NCBI RefSeq assembly: GCF_006345805.1
Contig: NC_043012.1
Span: 9,548,001 to 9,612,000 of the forward strand
Length of the DNA: 64,000 nucleotides
Reading direction: 5' to 3'
DNA from: Octopus sinensis
Lineage: Eukaryota
In this document: one piece after another, positions 1-12,721 of the stretch
Numbering within the stretch: the first letter of the stretch is position 1
How the letters are laid out: every line of letters starts with the position of its first letter
Notes under the pieces: generated by a model
Told to the model about the DNA's origin: nothing
Databases searched by the model: none
The model's input: only the letters and a program-made list of their open reading frames with translations
Program-made: the position numbers and the translations under genes

Positions 1-95
1 CCCCTATTTTTATTTTATCATAGTCTTGTCGACAAGAATGCTCTTGTTTTTGCTGTTGTTGTTGATATTATTATACTTTCTGCTGAAACAATTCT

Positions 96-512
96 TATTT
101 CTTTAGTGCCCGCAAGGCGCTACACACACAGGGGACAAACAAGGACAGACAAACGGATTAAGCCGATTATATCGACCCCAGTGCGTAACTGGTACTTATT
201 TAATCGACCCCGAAAGGATGAAAGGCAAAGTCGACCTCGGCGGAATTTGAACTCAGAATGTAGCGGCAGACGAAATACCCATTTCTTTACTACTCACAAG
301 GGGCTAAACACAGAGGTGACAAACAAGGACAGACAAACGGATTAAGTCGATTATATCCACCCCAGTGCGTAACTGGTACTTATTTAATCGACCCCGAAAG
401 GATGAAAGGCAGAGTCGACCTCGGCGGAATTTGAACTCAGAACGTAGTGGCACACGAAATACCGCAAAGCATTTCGCCCGGCGTGCTAACGTTTCTGCCA
501 ACTCGCCGCCTT
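96..512 (-). mobile_element. tRNA-derived SINE family A, dimer (head plus two body/tail units)
   Basis: Minus strand has head GGCGGCGAGTTGGCAG (A-box-like), B-box GAGTTCAAATTCC and central GCCTTTCATCCTTTCGGGGTCGA. The body/tail unit is repeated (96-279, 280-461). Confidence 0.9.
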
Positions 513-1274
513 GTTTTGCAATTATTACCTTCTGTCAATAAATTTGTGCTGAAATAATTCTATCAACAAGTATTCCTCACCAAATGTTTGGTGGTCATTT
601 TCGCAGTAGTTCACAAAATTTTGTCTTCTTTCACCTACGTCCCAAATATACACATAAATCATTACCATAGCACGTCAAAATACGACTTCGCAAATCTCTA
701 CCAAAGACTCTCATTCAAGAAGCTAATATCTATATCTATTTTATTAAACATTATCATTCTCCAAACTGCTTTCTTACGACGGCAGAAGATGATTTGCAGG
801 AATTTGTCTGCTACAAAACAGACAGAGTGACCGCACTTATTAGATTATTACTATTGATGTTGTTTTTCTTGTTTCTTTTCGTTTTTATTTTTGTATCGAC
901 CGATGTTGATATGAATACTAATATTGTTATTGTTGTTGTCGTTGCTGTTGCTGTTGTTTTGCGATTATTTCCTTCTGTCAATAAATATTCGCCAAAAATA
1001 TTTTCAACGTATACAACTTTCATGAATACAGTTCACAAACAAAGAATATTCTTGGCGTCTTTCTCTTAGATCACTACTACACATATAAATCTATTTATCA
1101 TTATCTACCAGATACGGCTTCATACACCCGTCTCTGAGATCTTCTTCGCAATTTTTTTCCCTATGTATTTTATTAACTATCATTCTCAGAAAAAGTCATT
1201 TCGGAAGATACTCATATAAAATTCTATCCACTTATTAAATTCTTTCCTCTTTCCCAAATTAATGTTGAATTCTA

Positions 1275-1519
1275 TACTTGCCTATGTATGCCTACATACA
1301 TACATAAATACATTCATGTATACATATATACACATTTACATACACCTTCCACCCACATATATTTACATGTGTGTGCTTATATGTATATATGTAAATATAT
1401 GTATATACATACATACACACACACATATATATATATGTATGTATATACATACATACACACACACACACACTTATATATATACATACATACACACACACAC
1501 ATATATATGTATATACATA

Positions 1520-1577
<58 letters not shown>

Positions 1578-1640
1578 CATATATACATATATGTAAATAT
1601 ATATGAGTGTAAATATACATACATACTTATATGTATGTGT
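1275..1640. repeat. Compound (TA)n/(CA)n/(TACA)n microsatellite
   Basis: Visible directly; accounts for the YI/HT-rich ORFs here. Confidence 0.95.
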
Positions 1641-2761
1641 GTGCCTGAATTCCTGCATTCAAAAGAAAAAATATATTTGGCTTTCTTAGTAAACGTTTGT
1701 TTTTTATTTTTCTTCTTTGGGGATATTTAGTACCCAGTCGTTTATTTATTATATTTCTATGTTGTTGCTTGCTGCTCCTTTTGCTGCAGTTATTGTTGCG
1801 ATTGCTATTGATGTTATCGCTGCATTAGTTGCTGCTGTTGCTGTTCTCTGTTAGTGCAGTGAACAGTTTCTGTTATGGCCGATGATGATGACGATGATTG
1901 TGAAGAGGATGATGATGAGTGTGAGGAGTAGGAGGAGGAAGGTACTGCAGAATATATTATTGTTTTTAATGTTACTACTGCTGCTGTTGCTGATGATGAC
2001 GATGATGATAAAGAAGATATTTTACAATTGTAACAACGTGCTGCAATCTCTTCTTATCTACCCATGCCTTGAAAATTTCAGATATCGTTGTCTTGACGTC
2101 TTGAGTTCAAATCTAACAGCCTTTCACTTCACATTTAACCACCTCGAAAACGATGAATCAGATCTCAACGTTATAGTAACGCCGATGGTGTCCTTTACTT
2201 AACACCATATTCCAAAATCTCAGCGTGTGTGAACATACCTCTCCCCTCCATGTGCCCGTCTGTATATGTGTGTATGTGAGTCTGTATGAATCAGTTTGAG
2301 AGAGTATATCTGCATGTAAGTAAATGCATTTGTTAGCATACTTCTCCAATATTTATCATTCATTCAAATCTTGTGAGGTTTGAAGTTTATGATTTCATGT
2401 TTAATTCTGTTTTCTGCTCCCAACCTTCTGGAGGAAATATTTTTAAATAATACTTGAAATAACTGCTAAATATGTCTCATATCAAGCATTACCTTGTTGA
2501 TAAAGAGAAAGAAACGTTGGTGTAATGTAAATTTAGAAATACTCTGCCTGACAGAAAAGGGCCACAACTGGGGTGTATGTGACGATTGGTTCCCAGATCA
2601 GTCTACAGATGTTACGCAGAGAAACTGAGGAGATGTGAGGTTATCTGTCAGTTTTATTTTGGAGAAAAATATCATTCCGTTGATATCGACCCAACGCCAT
2701 TATTTACACGAGTATTGAAGAACGGCCGTTTGCCTGGCAATTCAGTATATCAAATAACATA

Positions 2762-3140
2762 CACCAACGATTAAGCTGTTGGATTCTAGAGTTCTGGAAG
2801 ATGTTATAAGTCTTAAATTAAATATCGTCTTTAAATTTCTGTTGTAGTACTCTCCCTCTTTAATAACATAGATTGGCATATCCCACGTGAATTTCACCTG
2901 AGCTTTTTGTGGTACCAGCAAAGGATGGTGCTCATACCACTTGTTGGGGCATTGTAGCCCATACTCTACGGGCAACTTCAAAAGGGTATTTTCAATACTA
3001 CTTTGTCATGGCCTTTTTGGTACTCCCTCGGGGCCAATTTTGAGCATCCACTTATTATACGTCTATCTCGGATGATTTTTTCACAAAATCTACACAAAGG
3101 TGGTGCTGTTAACTCACTTGACTTAGTAGGCTCATGAAGC
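2762..3140 (-). mobile_element. Decayed R4/Dong-like non-LTR retrotransposon fragment (zinc knuckle to RLE region)
   Basis: Two frameshifted minus-strand ORFs read PLCRFCEKIIRDRRIISGCSKLAPREYQKGHDKV and YGLQCPNKWYEHHP..VKFTWDMPIY. These align by eye with CRICG..ETINHIISSCPVLAKKEYIHRHDRV and YGITTEKRWYRHTP..ILWDMPIH in the 3489-4040 ORF. Confidence 0.75.
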
Positions 3141-3142
3141 TT

Positions 3143-3362
3143 CTTTTGAGCGGGATGGGCTACTTGACCTGAAGAAAATTCAAACTGGGCCCCACCTGTA
3201 AGGTCATGCATTGTTCATCTTGATATGAGATCACCATGTCGCTCTCATATGGTTGTGATGCATGTACCTAGTGTACCCTTATGAGACGGATAGTCATGGT
3301 GGGTATACTGGGCTTTGTATATTTCACCCCAGAATTACTTTGATACACTGCTCTCTCACTCA
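3143..3362 (+). mobile_element. 5'-truncated copy of the ~555-bp (TAA)n-tailed non-coding element
   Basis: Matches the 3' ~220 bp of 18295-18850 and ends CTCTCTCACTC followed by (TAA)n. Confidence 0.85.
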
Positions 3363-3415
3363 GTAATAATAATAATAATAATAATAATAATCATAATAAT
3401 AATAATAATAATAAT

Positions 3416-4178
3416 AAAAGAAATATTACAAGTAACCAAAAGAAATATTACAAGTAACTAAAAGAAATATTACAAGTAACTGCAGAATATGTGGAAAAGA
3501 AATATTACAAGTAACTGCAGAATATGTGGAGATGGACAAGAAACAATAAATCATATTATCTCTAGCTGCCCAGTCCTGGCTAAGAAGGAATATATTCACA
3601 GACATGACAGAGTTGGAACCTACATACATTGGAAGCTATGCCAACATTATGGAATAACAACAGAAAAAAGATGGTATAGGCACACACCAGAAAAGGTCAC
3701 AGAAAACGAGAAAGCAACCATACTCTGGGATATGCCGATACACACAGATAGAGAAATTAAGGCCAACAGACCAGATATAGTTGTCAGAGATCATGAAGAA
3801 AAAATGCTTCTAATTGATGTATCAATACCGGCAGATGACAACGTGTCTCTAAAAGAAATGGAGAAACTCTCAAAATACAAAGACCTGGAAATAGAGGTAA
3901 CTAGAATGTGGAACCTGAAAACAGAAACAATTCCTATCATAGTAGGTGCATTAGGCATGATAAAAAAATATTCAGACAAATACATAACAAAAACACCAGG
4001 ACTTACAAACACATATAACATACAGAAAATGCACTACTAGGCACTGCACACATCCTACGCAGAACACTTTCCATACAATAACCATCAGAGCATCACAACA
4101 AATCACAGCACATACCCAAGGCACACAGAGCTGCGCTCGGTAGTGAAGTGAAAGCACGCTATAAAAATAAAACTACTG
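3416..4178 (+). mobile_element. 5'-truncated R4/Dong-clade non-LTR retrotransposon (CCHC plus restriction-like endonuclease C-terminus, 3' UTR)
   Basis: ORF 3489-4040 has CRICG..ETINHIISSC (CCHC), RPDIVV..IDVSIP..EKLSKYKDL (PD-(D/E)xK RLE) and IPIIVGALG. A 1-nt frameshift precedes ALLGTAHILRRTLSIQ*. (TAA)n flanks both sides (3363-3415, 4179-4352). Confidence 0.92.
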
Positions 4179-4209
4179 AATAATAATAATAATAATATTA
4201 ATAATAATG

Positions 4210-4261
<52 letters not shown>

Positions 4262-4290
4262 TGATGATAATAATAATAATAATGATAGTA

Positions 4291-4350
<60 letters not shown>

Positions 4351-4352
4351 TT
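4179..4352. repeat. (TAA)n microsatellite
   Basis: Visible directly; 3' flank of the Dong copy. Confidence 0.95.
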
Positions 4353-5304
4353 AGTAGTAGTATTGTAGTACTATTAGTGTAGTAGTATTGTGTAACATAC
4401 AAAGTAGAATAATTTAGAAAGCTTTGACTACTAAAGCGTAAATGTGACATCATGGAAAAGACAAACACCTGTCAATCCAGCTTACTAAATATCTTGGTCC
4501 AACAATATAGACCCATATTCTTTTAAATTTATTCGTTATCATGTGAAATATTGCCAATATTTCTTCGCTACTGTGTAAACGACAATAATTGTTAGTAATA
4601 TTGTGTTTGAAATGTTTTGTGTATCATGTTTTAGTTTAATTGTAAATTCTAAAAAAGTAATTTTGCAAGATCTGTATGAATTAAAGTAACAGCTAATGCA
4701 TAGGAAACACTTTCATAGCGGCATTCAGAAGAAATAGAATTGGTATTTTAGGAAACCGAAGGAATTGATATAATAGATATTATTTAAAAACTTTTTAATG
4801 CAATCAGTTTGAGGTGTTTGTTGACACTTTGCTGTACAGAAGTATAAATTTTCACATATCTTTATTGTGAAAAAAAAAAAAAAAAATTTACAGCGAAATA
4901 TTCTAGCTGTATTGTACATCCTTTGAACAAGTTTGTTAGCGTTTCCAGACAAAATTTCATAATTTGCCGTGATAAAAATATGCATCGAGTTTACGTCAAC
5001 TTTTCTGCTGTACACTCTCTCTGTATGTCACGGCATCTGGTGTTATTGGCAGCATTTGAAACGAAAATATCGTGCTGTAGTTGAATGCTTAGAGTTACCG
5101 TTCTACCAATTACTGGCTGCTCACTGAAAACTAAGAGCAGTGTCGCTGTATACAATAGCGCAGTAGTAGTACTAAAAGTAGTAGTAGTAGTAGTAGTAAT
5201 ATTAGTAGTAGTAGTAGTGGTAGCTACTCTTGCTATTTTTGATTTATGACCTCAATTATTCCTGATGTAATTTTCCCAATAACAGTATTCTATTATAACT
5301 AAGT

Positions 5305-5579
5305 ATATTTTGTTGTGTCTGGGGAGAGTCATTTTCTTTTTGTGCCTTTTTATGTAACACACTCACCGGTAAAATTTCCACGTTTTTCTTATTTTTATTT
5401 TCCTAAACTTTTCGTTGCGTCGTGCAACCTTTTCAATAGTTTTGACTCTTGAAAAGGTTGCAAGACGCAACGAAAATTTTAGGACAATAAAAAAAGAAAA
5501 AAGTGGAAATTTTACCGGTGAGTGTGTTACATAATAAGGCACAAAAAGAAAATGACTCTCCCCAGACACAACAGAATAT
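5305..5579. mobile_element. Fold-back (palindromic) MITE-like element
   Basis: Arms 5305-5436 and 5449-5579 are near-perfect reverse complements (TGTTGTGTCTGGGGAGAGTCATTTTC.. / ..GAAAATGACTCTCCCCAGACACAACA) around a 12-nt loop. Confidence 0.85.
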
Positions 5580-6055
5580 GCCTCAACACACGAACTCATA
5601 TAAGGAATCTTGCAAACCAAATCCAAAAACGAAATAAATATATTTTCTTTATGAAAGAAAGTAGATTCTCGTTTAATGTCGTAGCGATGTAGAAAGATCT
5701 CATACACGTTGCGTTGTTGATTTGTCGCAATTCTTTACTTCTGGTAGAAACTGTCCAAATAGTGCGTTGTTGCTGTCGAGAAACTATACTAGAAATTAGC
5801 AATAAATATATGTCCCATTTTTATCGTCTAATTCTTCTCATTCTGTATAATTTCACTGTCTGTCAGATTGTATATGTGCATTGTTAAATATGGCTTGTTG
5901 AGGTATCGCAGCTACAAAATACAAGCAAATGCACTCACACACACACACACACACAACACACACACCCACAAGTAAATACACACAAATGCGTGCATGCACT
6001 CACACATACTCACACACACGTACGCATATAATGAACGTACATGTACGTGTATATG

Positions 6056-6086
<31 letters not shown>

Positions 6087-6109
6087 TCTTTTATACTTCT
6101 TTTTTTTAG

Positions 6110-6445
6110 TTGTTTCAGACATTTGACTGTAAGACTAGTATTTATTCTATCGGTCTCTGGTGCCGAACTACCAAGTTACGGGGACGTAAACACACCAATA
6201 TCAGCTGTCAAGCGATGGTGGGGAGGGTTGACAAACACAGACACACAAATACATACATACACACACACATATAATTATGTATACGACGGGCTTCTCTCAG
6301 TTTCCATCTACCAAATCCACTCACAAAGCTTTGGTCGGCCCGAGGCTACAGTAGAAGACACTTGCCCAAGGTGCCACGCAGTGGGACTGAACCCGAAACT
6401 ATGTGGTTGGAAAGCAAGCTTTTGACCACACAGCCACTCCTGCGC
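6110..6445 (-). mobile_element. tRNA-derived SINE family B (CORE-like)
   Basis: Minus strand: GCGCAGGAGTGGCTGTGTGG head, B-box-like GGGTTCAGTCCC, CORE-like CACCTTGGGCAAGTGTCTT, internal microsatellite, tail GTTTACGTCCCCGTAAC. Confidence 0.88.
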
Positions 6446-6716
6446 TGTAATTTTTAATAACCTTATTGGCTAGATAATTTATATATGTTTCCGTCAAAGA
6501 CTGGTTCGGGCAAATACTATTTCCAGCTGACTGGATCTGGTTAGTCATTTTAAAGTCAAGATTTTTTTGGTATCATAGCCCCTTGAAACGGGAGTTGTTG
6601 TTGAGCGAAATATGTCCCTTGAAGAAATTTGTCCAGGTTTCGTGTGAATGTGATGAGATCTTTTTCTTCTTTCATTTGTTTTGGGATAATGTTAAATAGA
6701 GTAGGGATTTTTTAAA

Positions 6717-6947
6717 TTTCTTTATTGCCCACAAGGGGCTAAACATAGAGGGGACAAACAAGGACAGACAAAGGGATTAAGTCGATTACATCGACCCCCC
6801 CCCAGTGCGAAACTGGTACTTTATTTATCGACCCCGAAAGGATGAAAGGTAAAGTCGACCTCGGCGGAATTTGAACTCAGAACGTAACGACAGACGAAAT
6901 ACCGCTAAGCATTTCGCCCGGCGCGCTAACGAGTCTGCCAGCACGCT
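6717..6947 (-). mobile_element. SINE family A (long-tail variant)
   Basis: Same head, B-box, body and tail as 96-512. Confidence 0.9.
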
Positions 6948-7162
6948 TTAAATAGAGTAGGGATTGTTGCATAAACTGTGTTGCAGTGAATTTATTTGTT
7001 GTAGGGGTTCTATGACACATGGCTCCGGCCGGGAATGAATTCTGAATTTGATGTTAAGTTCGTTCGTGCAATGCTGGTGGTATATTCTCCACACAGATAC
7101 ACAAACACTCTCGCAAACGCACGTACACATACCCAGATACATACGCACATATGTATGTATAT

Positions 7163-7490
7163 AGGCGCAGGAGTGGCTGTGTGGTAAATAGCTTGCTAAC
7201 CAACCACTTGGTTCCGGGTTCAGTCCCACTGCGTGGCATCTTGGGCAAGTGTCTTCTGCTATAGCCTCGGGCCGACCAAAGCCTTGTGAGTGGATTTGGT
7301 AGACGGAAACTGTTTGTGTGTCTGTGTTTGTCCCTCTAGCATTGCTTGACAACCGATGGTGGTGTGTTTACGTCCCCGTCACTTAGCGGTTCGGCAAAAG
7401 AGACCGATAGAATAAGTACTGCGCTTATAAAGAATAAGTCCCGGCGGTGCTCCAGCATGGCCGCAGTCAAATGACTGAAACAAGTAAAAG
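7163..7490 (+). mobile_element. SINE family B (CORE-like)
   Basis: Runs from AGGCGCAGGAGTGGCTGTGTGG to GGTGCTCCAGCATGGCCGCAGTCAAATGACTGAAACAAGTAAAAG. Confidence 0.9.
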
Positions 7491-7835
7491 AAAAAGAAAG
7501 AATATCTGTGTGTGTGTGTGTGTGTGCCTATAATTAACGAAGACTATTATGTGTCTGTCAAAGGAGAAACTTGTGAGTGAATGGTATAATTTTGAAATTG
7601 TTTACAGGGATAAAATATATTAATAATGTTAATGCTCCACGAATCTGAGGTATACTCAAACAGCTCCACGACAATTTAATGGCTTAATAAAATTCAGTCG
7701 ATCGACTATCTAAATATTAATTGGCAAAATAAGAAGGGAATGCTTCAACATCTTATGTGCGTATATACATACGTATACTCATAAATATACTCAAACATAC
7801 ATAAGTATAAAGATTATATATATATATATATATAT

Positions 7836-7871
<36 letters not shown>

Positions 7872-7872
7872 G

Positions 7873-7938
<66 letters not shown>
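7836..7938. repeat. (GATA)n microsatellite
   Basis: Visible directly. Confidence 0.95.
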
Positions 7939-7939
<1 letters not shown>

Positions 7940-8043
7940 TAGGTACTGTAAGTTTAGAGTGAATATTTGATAAGTGTAAGTACCTGCATATGCCAGATAG
8001 TGGCAGATGTGAGAGAATATATCAAACATAAATTATATATATA

Positions 8044-8236
8044 TAGCCTGAAATTTGAGGGAGGGGGCTAGTCAATTACATCGGTCCCAGTGTTTCACTG
8101 GTACTTCATTTATCGACCTCGAAAGGATGAAATGCAAAGTCGATCTTGGCGGGATTTGAACTCAGAATGTAGCGACGGGCGAAATGCCGCTAAGCATTTC
8201 TTGTAGCTTGCTAACGATCCTGTCAACTCGCCTCCC
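8044..8236 (-). mobile_element. SINE family A (short-tail variant)
   Basis: TCGACCTCGAAAGGATGAAATGCAAAGTCGA..GAATTTGAACTC..AAGCATTTC motif chain. Confidence 0.85.
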
Positions 8237-9121
8237 CCTCTCTCTCTTCCTCTCTCTCTCTCTCTATATATATATATGTGTGTGTGTGGTGGGGGGGTGT
8301 ATGTTTGTGTATACATAGAGTGCATATTATGCATATACGCATATATATGTGATACAAAAGTATACACACACACATATATAAATATACATACACACACACA
8401 AACTTATATATACATACATACATGCAAATATAAACATACATACGCATGTAAGTCATGTGATCATATATCTAATAAACGGCGGATGCTGCCCACATTGCGT
8501 CTCCAAATGGTACTAGATTCCTTCTTTGAATATGTTTTTTTATGGTCATTTTTATTGAACTTTTATAGCAATACCGTTATTGATCTTGTTTAAACACAGC
8601 AAAAAAACCAGTAATTTCAGAAAAAAAACACTAATTACTTTTTATATACTCTTTATGGACCACCAGTGCTACACCCATAATGAAGCAACGAAACTATAAC
8701 ATATTAATTTTATTACCTCTCAATTTCATAGTATTTTCTTCTAGGTTTTTATATAAGTACTTTATTTCTTAGTAATTGGTGAGTGATTTAAGAACAATCG
8801 TTGCTATAAGCAATAAATAATCAACCATTTAGACACTGGCAAAGCCAACGAATTTTCTTGAACAACTGAAAGACACTTGCCTAATTTCATTTCTTTCTTT
8901 CTGTTATTGATTATCGTAACTATTAGTTACGTCATTATTCTTCTATTGAACTGTCACTTCACACAATAGTCGAATGTCAGAAATTTTAACAGAATGGTTA
9001 GTCACAATTTTGAAAGCTATTCTGTTGTAACATGATGTATAAAAAGAGAATGTGTAATAACGTATATAAGTCCGTGTGTGTATGTGTGAACAAATCTTTT
9101 ATATTTCATGTATTATTTGTT

Positions 9122-9518
9122 TCTGTCATTGACTGCAACCATACTGGTGCATCGTTTTGAAGAGTGTTAATCGATCAAATCGACCATAGGACTTATTATA
9201 TTTTTGAAGCGTAGTACTTATGCTATCGGTCTCTAAGTTAGTTGGACATAAGCACACCAACACCTGTTGCCAGGAAATGGTAGGAAACAAACACAAACAA
9301 ACACACAGACGTACGCGTGCACTAACACAAACACACACACACACATACATATACATATACGACAGGCTTCTTTTAATTTCCGTTTAACAAATCCATTCAC
9401 AAGGTTTTGGGTGGCCCGAGGCTATAGAACACACTTTTCCAAGGTGACACCCAGTGAGACTGAACCCGGATGCATATGGATAGGAAGCAAGGTTCTTACC
9501 ACACAGCCACGCCTGCGT
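9122..9518 (-). mobile_element. SINE family B, diverged
   Basis: Head, CORE-like segment and tail motifs present in order on the minus strand. Confidence 0.8.
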
Positions 9519-9680
9519 CTTTATGTCTGCATTTGTATATTTTTATCTGTGTTTGCGTGTCCGTGTGTGTGTTTATGTGTTCTTGTGTGTGAATGTGGTT
9601 TTGATGATTGTAAAAAAAGACCTGGAGGGAATGAGAAATTAAAGACAGATGATGATCAGGGAGGTGTAGTGCTTCTACAC

Positions 9681-9719
<39 letters not shown>

Positions 9720-10948
9720 GAGAATGAAAGAAGGATGTGAAGACGAATAACTAAAACACAGAGAGGGTAAGAAAGAGTAACGGACAATAATTAAGAGAGA
9801 TAATGAAAGAGAGAAAAAGTAAAATGCCAAGGAGAGAATACGAATTAGAAACAAATTCATGTTGTCGAAAGAGATACAAGAAAGCGAGATGAGAAAAATA
9901 ATTGGAGAGAGAGTAAGAAAAAGGGTCAAAGAAAGAGAGAGGGGGGAGGTAGGGAGGGAGGCAGGAAATGGAATATGAGACAGTGCCAATAATCTTTGTA
10001 TGTCCGCTAAATCATTTGGGGTCTGTGCAGCTAATGAAAAATGTGCTCAAACGTAGCTTATTGCAGTATATTACTAAGTATACGTTTGTAAGCGTTCTAT
10101 TTCTTTTTCTATAATAATAAATCACAATTCGTGTCGCAAGAACGAGATTTCCACCACAAAGTATCGTGTCATTAGACTCTATTGAAAACATGCTCTACCA
10201 ATTGCAAAATATTAGCCATATCAGCAGCAACTACAGGGTCATTCATACAGCACAATCGGCTATACAACACTATGATAAATATAGCACATTAGTTATATAT
10301 CTTTCTCTGTAAGTTGGCTGTTCGTTTAACAGTAATTCAAGCAGTAAATTTAACCCTTAAGGATTATGTCATTAGCTTCTTTGCATTGAAAAAGCCATAG
10401 CTATATACATATATATATATACACACATACGTACACAAACACACATACACATACAGACATGCATATGTATATGTGTATATATATATATATACACATCTGA
10501 ATCGATGCTTCTTTCCAAGGAATCTAATGCTCTTAGCTTAGTTTTTCCTTGGGGCTGGCCAGATTGGAGCAATCTCAAGATTAATCAGTCGAAATTGCGA
10601 GGAAGAGCCGGTTCTTGACTGAGGATATAAAGCTTCGATTAACCCGTCCTTGTTTTTTTGTATCGTCTCTCTGGATGTTTTGCTGTTACTTTTTGTATCA
10701 CTTAGTTTTGCAGATGTTTTGCGTTCTTCTCCCATTTTGTATTATATATATATAATCCCTCCACAACCTCCTGTCCGGTTCTCCCGAAATATTTTCATTC
10801 CGTTCTTATTTATATTTCGGAGGTGGGCTTAATTCATAATATTTTCCCATTATGCGACAGTTTGGCTGGGTAATGCTGCAATAAAGCAAGATTCAAGCTG
10901 ACTTTTAATTATATATATATATGAATATACACACTCACACAAACATAT

Positions 10949-10994
<46 letters not shown>

Positions 10995-10999
<5 letters not shown>

Positions 11000-11566
11000 G
11001 AGAATTTACAAAAAAAAAAAGACCAAGATGGGTATGTAAACAACAAACAGATGTATTAGTTTAACGCTCGGGAAGTGAGAAAGTCTTTTACGTTTCGAGC
11101 CTACGCTCTTTGACAGAAAGGAACACAGAGATAAACAGGGAGAGAAAATAAAAAGGTTTAGTGGCTTGCGATCTATCATGGCGAATGCCGGACAGAGGGT
11201 TTACACAAGAGAGCTAAGAAGAAGGGGAGATAATAAAGTAGTGATAATCTCAAAGTGAAGGAGCGCGTGCGTTGTATGCGAGAACATGTGTGTGCATGTG
11301 TAGGTATGTGGATGATGGTGTAGGTGCCGAGAAGTGGTCAGTGCTAGTGTGTGCGCTGATGTTCGTGAGCGGGAGCAGGGGAACAATCCGGGTTGGGAGG
11401 TTGGGTTATTGAAGAAACTGTGGAGTCGTAGGTTGTGGGCTCGTTTGAAGGAAGGGAGGGGTCAGTTAAGGAACATGTGCGAAGTGGCGTCGGACTGGAG
11501 TCGCTGGAAGGCTCGGAGAATGGTGCGTTGGAGAAGTAGGGTGGTGGGGTGGTAGGTGAGGGGAAA
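10995..11566 (-). mobile_element. Penelope-like element fragment (linker region plus pLTR with degenerate hammerhead)
   Basis: Minus strand reads FPLTYHPTTLLLQRTILRAFQRLQSDA..PSFKRAHNLR..PGLFPCSRSR, resembling the PLE RT-to-GIY-YIG linker. It is followed by a pyrimidine-rich pLTR-like segment containing GCTCGAAACGTA. Confidence 0.7.
11085..11120 (-). ncRNA. Degenerate minimal type I hammerhead ribozyme motif
   Basis: CTTT-CTGTCAA-A-GAGC(GTAG)GCTC-GAAAC-GTA-AAAG. Stems I and II pair, but the core deviates from CUGANGA at two positions. Confidence 0.55.
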
Positions 11567-11868
11567 TATAATGTAAGAATATGTGTATATATTTATGTAT
11601 CTATATATCTATCTGTGTACTTTTATACAGAAAAACACACGCATACAGATACATTCACACACCAACATAGTCGAACATACAAGTCGCGCTCATACAACTT
11701 TCGAAATCATGGATGCCTTTATGCGTCAGCTTTTGATATGAAATCACAGGCATTTTTATTCACCACGAACCTGTCATCAATTATTTAGTGTCATTGATTC
11801 CACCGAATAACAAATGCCATATGTAAAAGATGCTTCACGTTTCTCTCTCTCTCACTCATATGGAATTA

Positions 11869-11931
<63 letters not shown>

Positions 11932-12060
11932 ATATGTATATATATATATATATATATACACAGACACACAGACATATATATACACACATATATACGTATC
12001 TTTGTGTGACTTCTACATGCACATATATATATATAGATATATATACATTGACATATATGT

Positions 12061-12104
<44 letters not shown>

Positions 12105-12393
12105 CTGTCTGTGTGTATTACACACATATTATATGCATATGGTATATAAATATATATATATATATATATCATATGTACATAATATATGTATAATGCGAGA
12201 AAAGAACATAGGCTTGAACTTTCTATTTAATACCAAGATTACTTTCATTATTAATGTGTCCTATGTATTACGTCATAAATTTCTTCAGACGTTGGACGCC
12301 TTGTGATCACGCAACAGTGCGAGTTTAATGTGATTACTCGTAGGAGACGAACCTGAACAATAAAATATTAAGCACTGAACGCTTCCTTTCCGA

Positions 12394-12394
12394 C

Positions 12395-12476
<82 letters not shown>

Positions 12477-12477
12477 C

Positions 12478-12540
<63 letters not shown>

Positions 12541-12549
12541 CATCTATCC

Positions 12550-12606
<57 letters not shown>

Positions 12607-12626
12607 GCTATCTATCTATCTATCTA
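12394..12626. repeat. (TATC)n microsatellite
   Basis: Visible directly. Confidence 0.95.
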
Positions 12627-12721
12627 TTTTATAGTATATTATGAAATAACCCACACCTACATCATACTACACGCCACCACACCACCACACAACATCACAA
12701 CACCCACAGCACTTCACACAC

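Noticed and set aside
106-501. ORFs such as RPRKDERQSRPRRNLNSE (also near 29456, 48621 and 53370)
   Set aside because: Recurring translations of SINE family A, not genes.
10540-10660. CTGAGGA and GAAA near a CAGTC/GACTG stem, a possible hammerhead
   Set aside because: The order and pairing do not fit any hammerhead topology; the stem overlaps the core.
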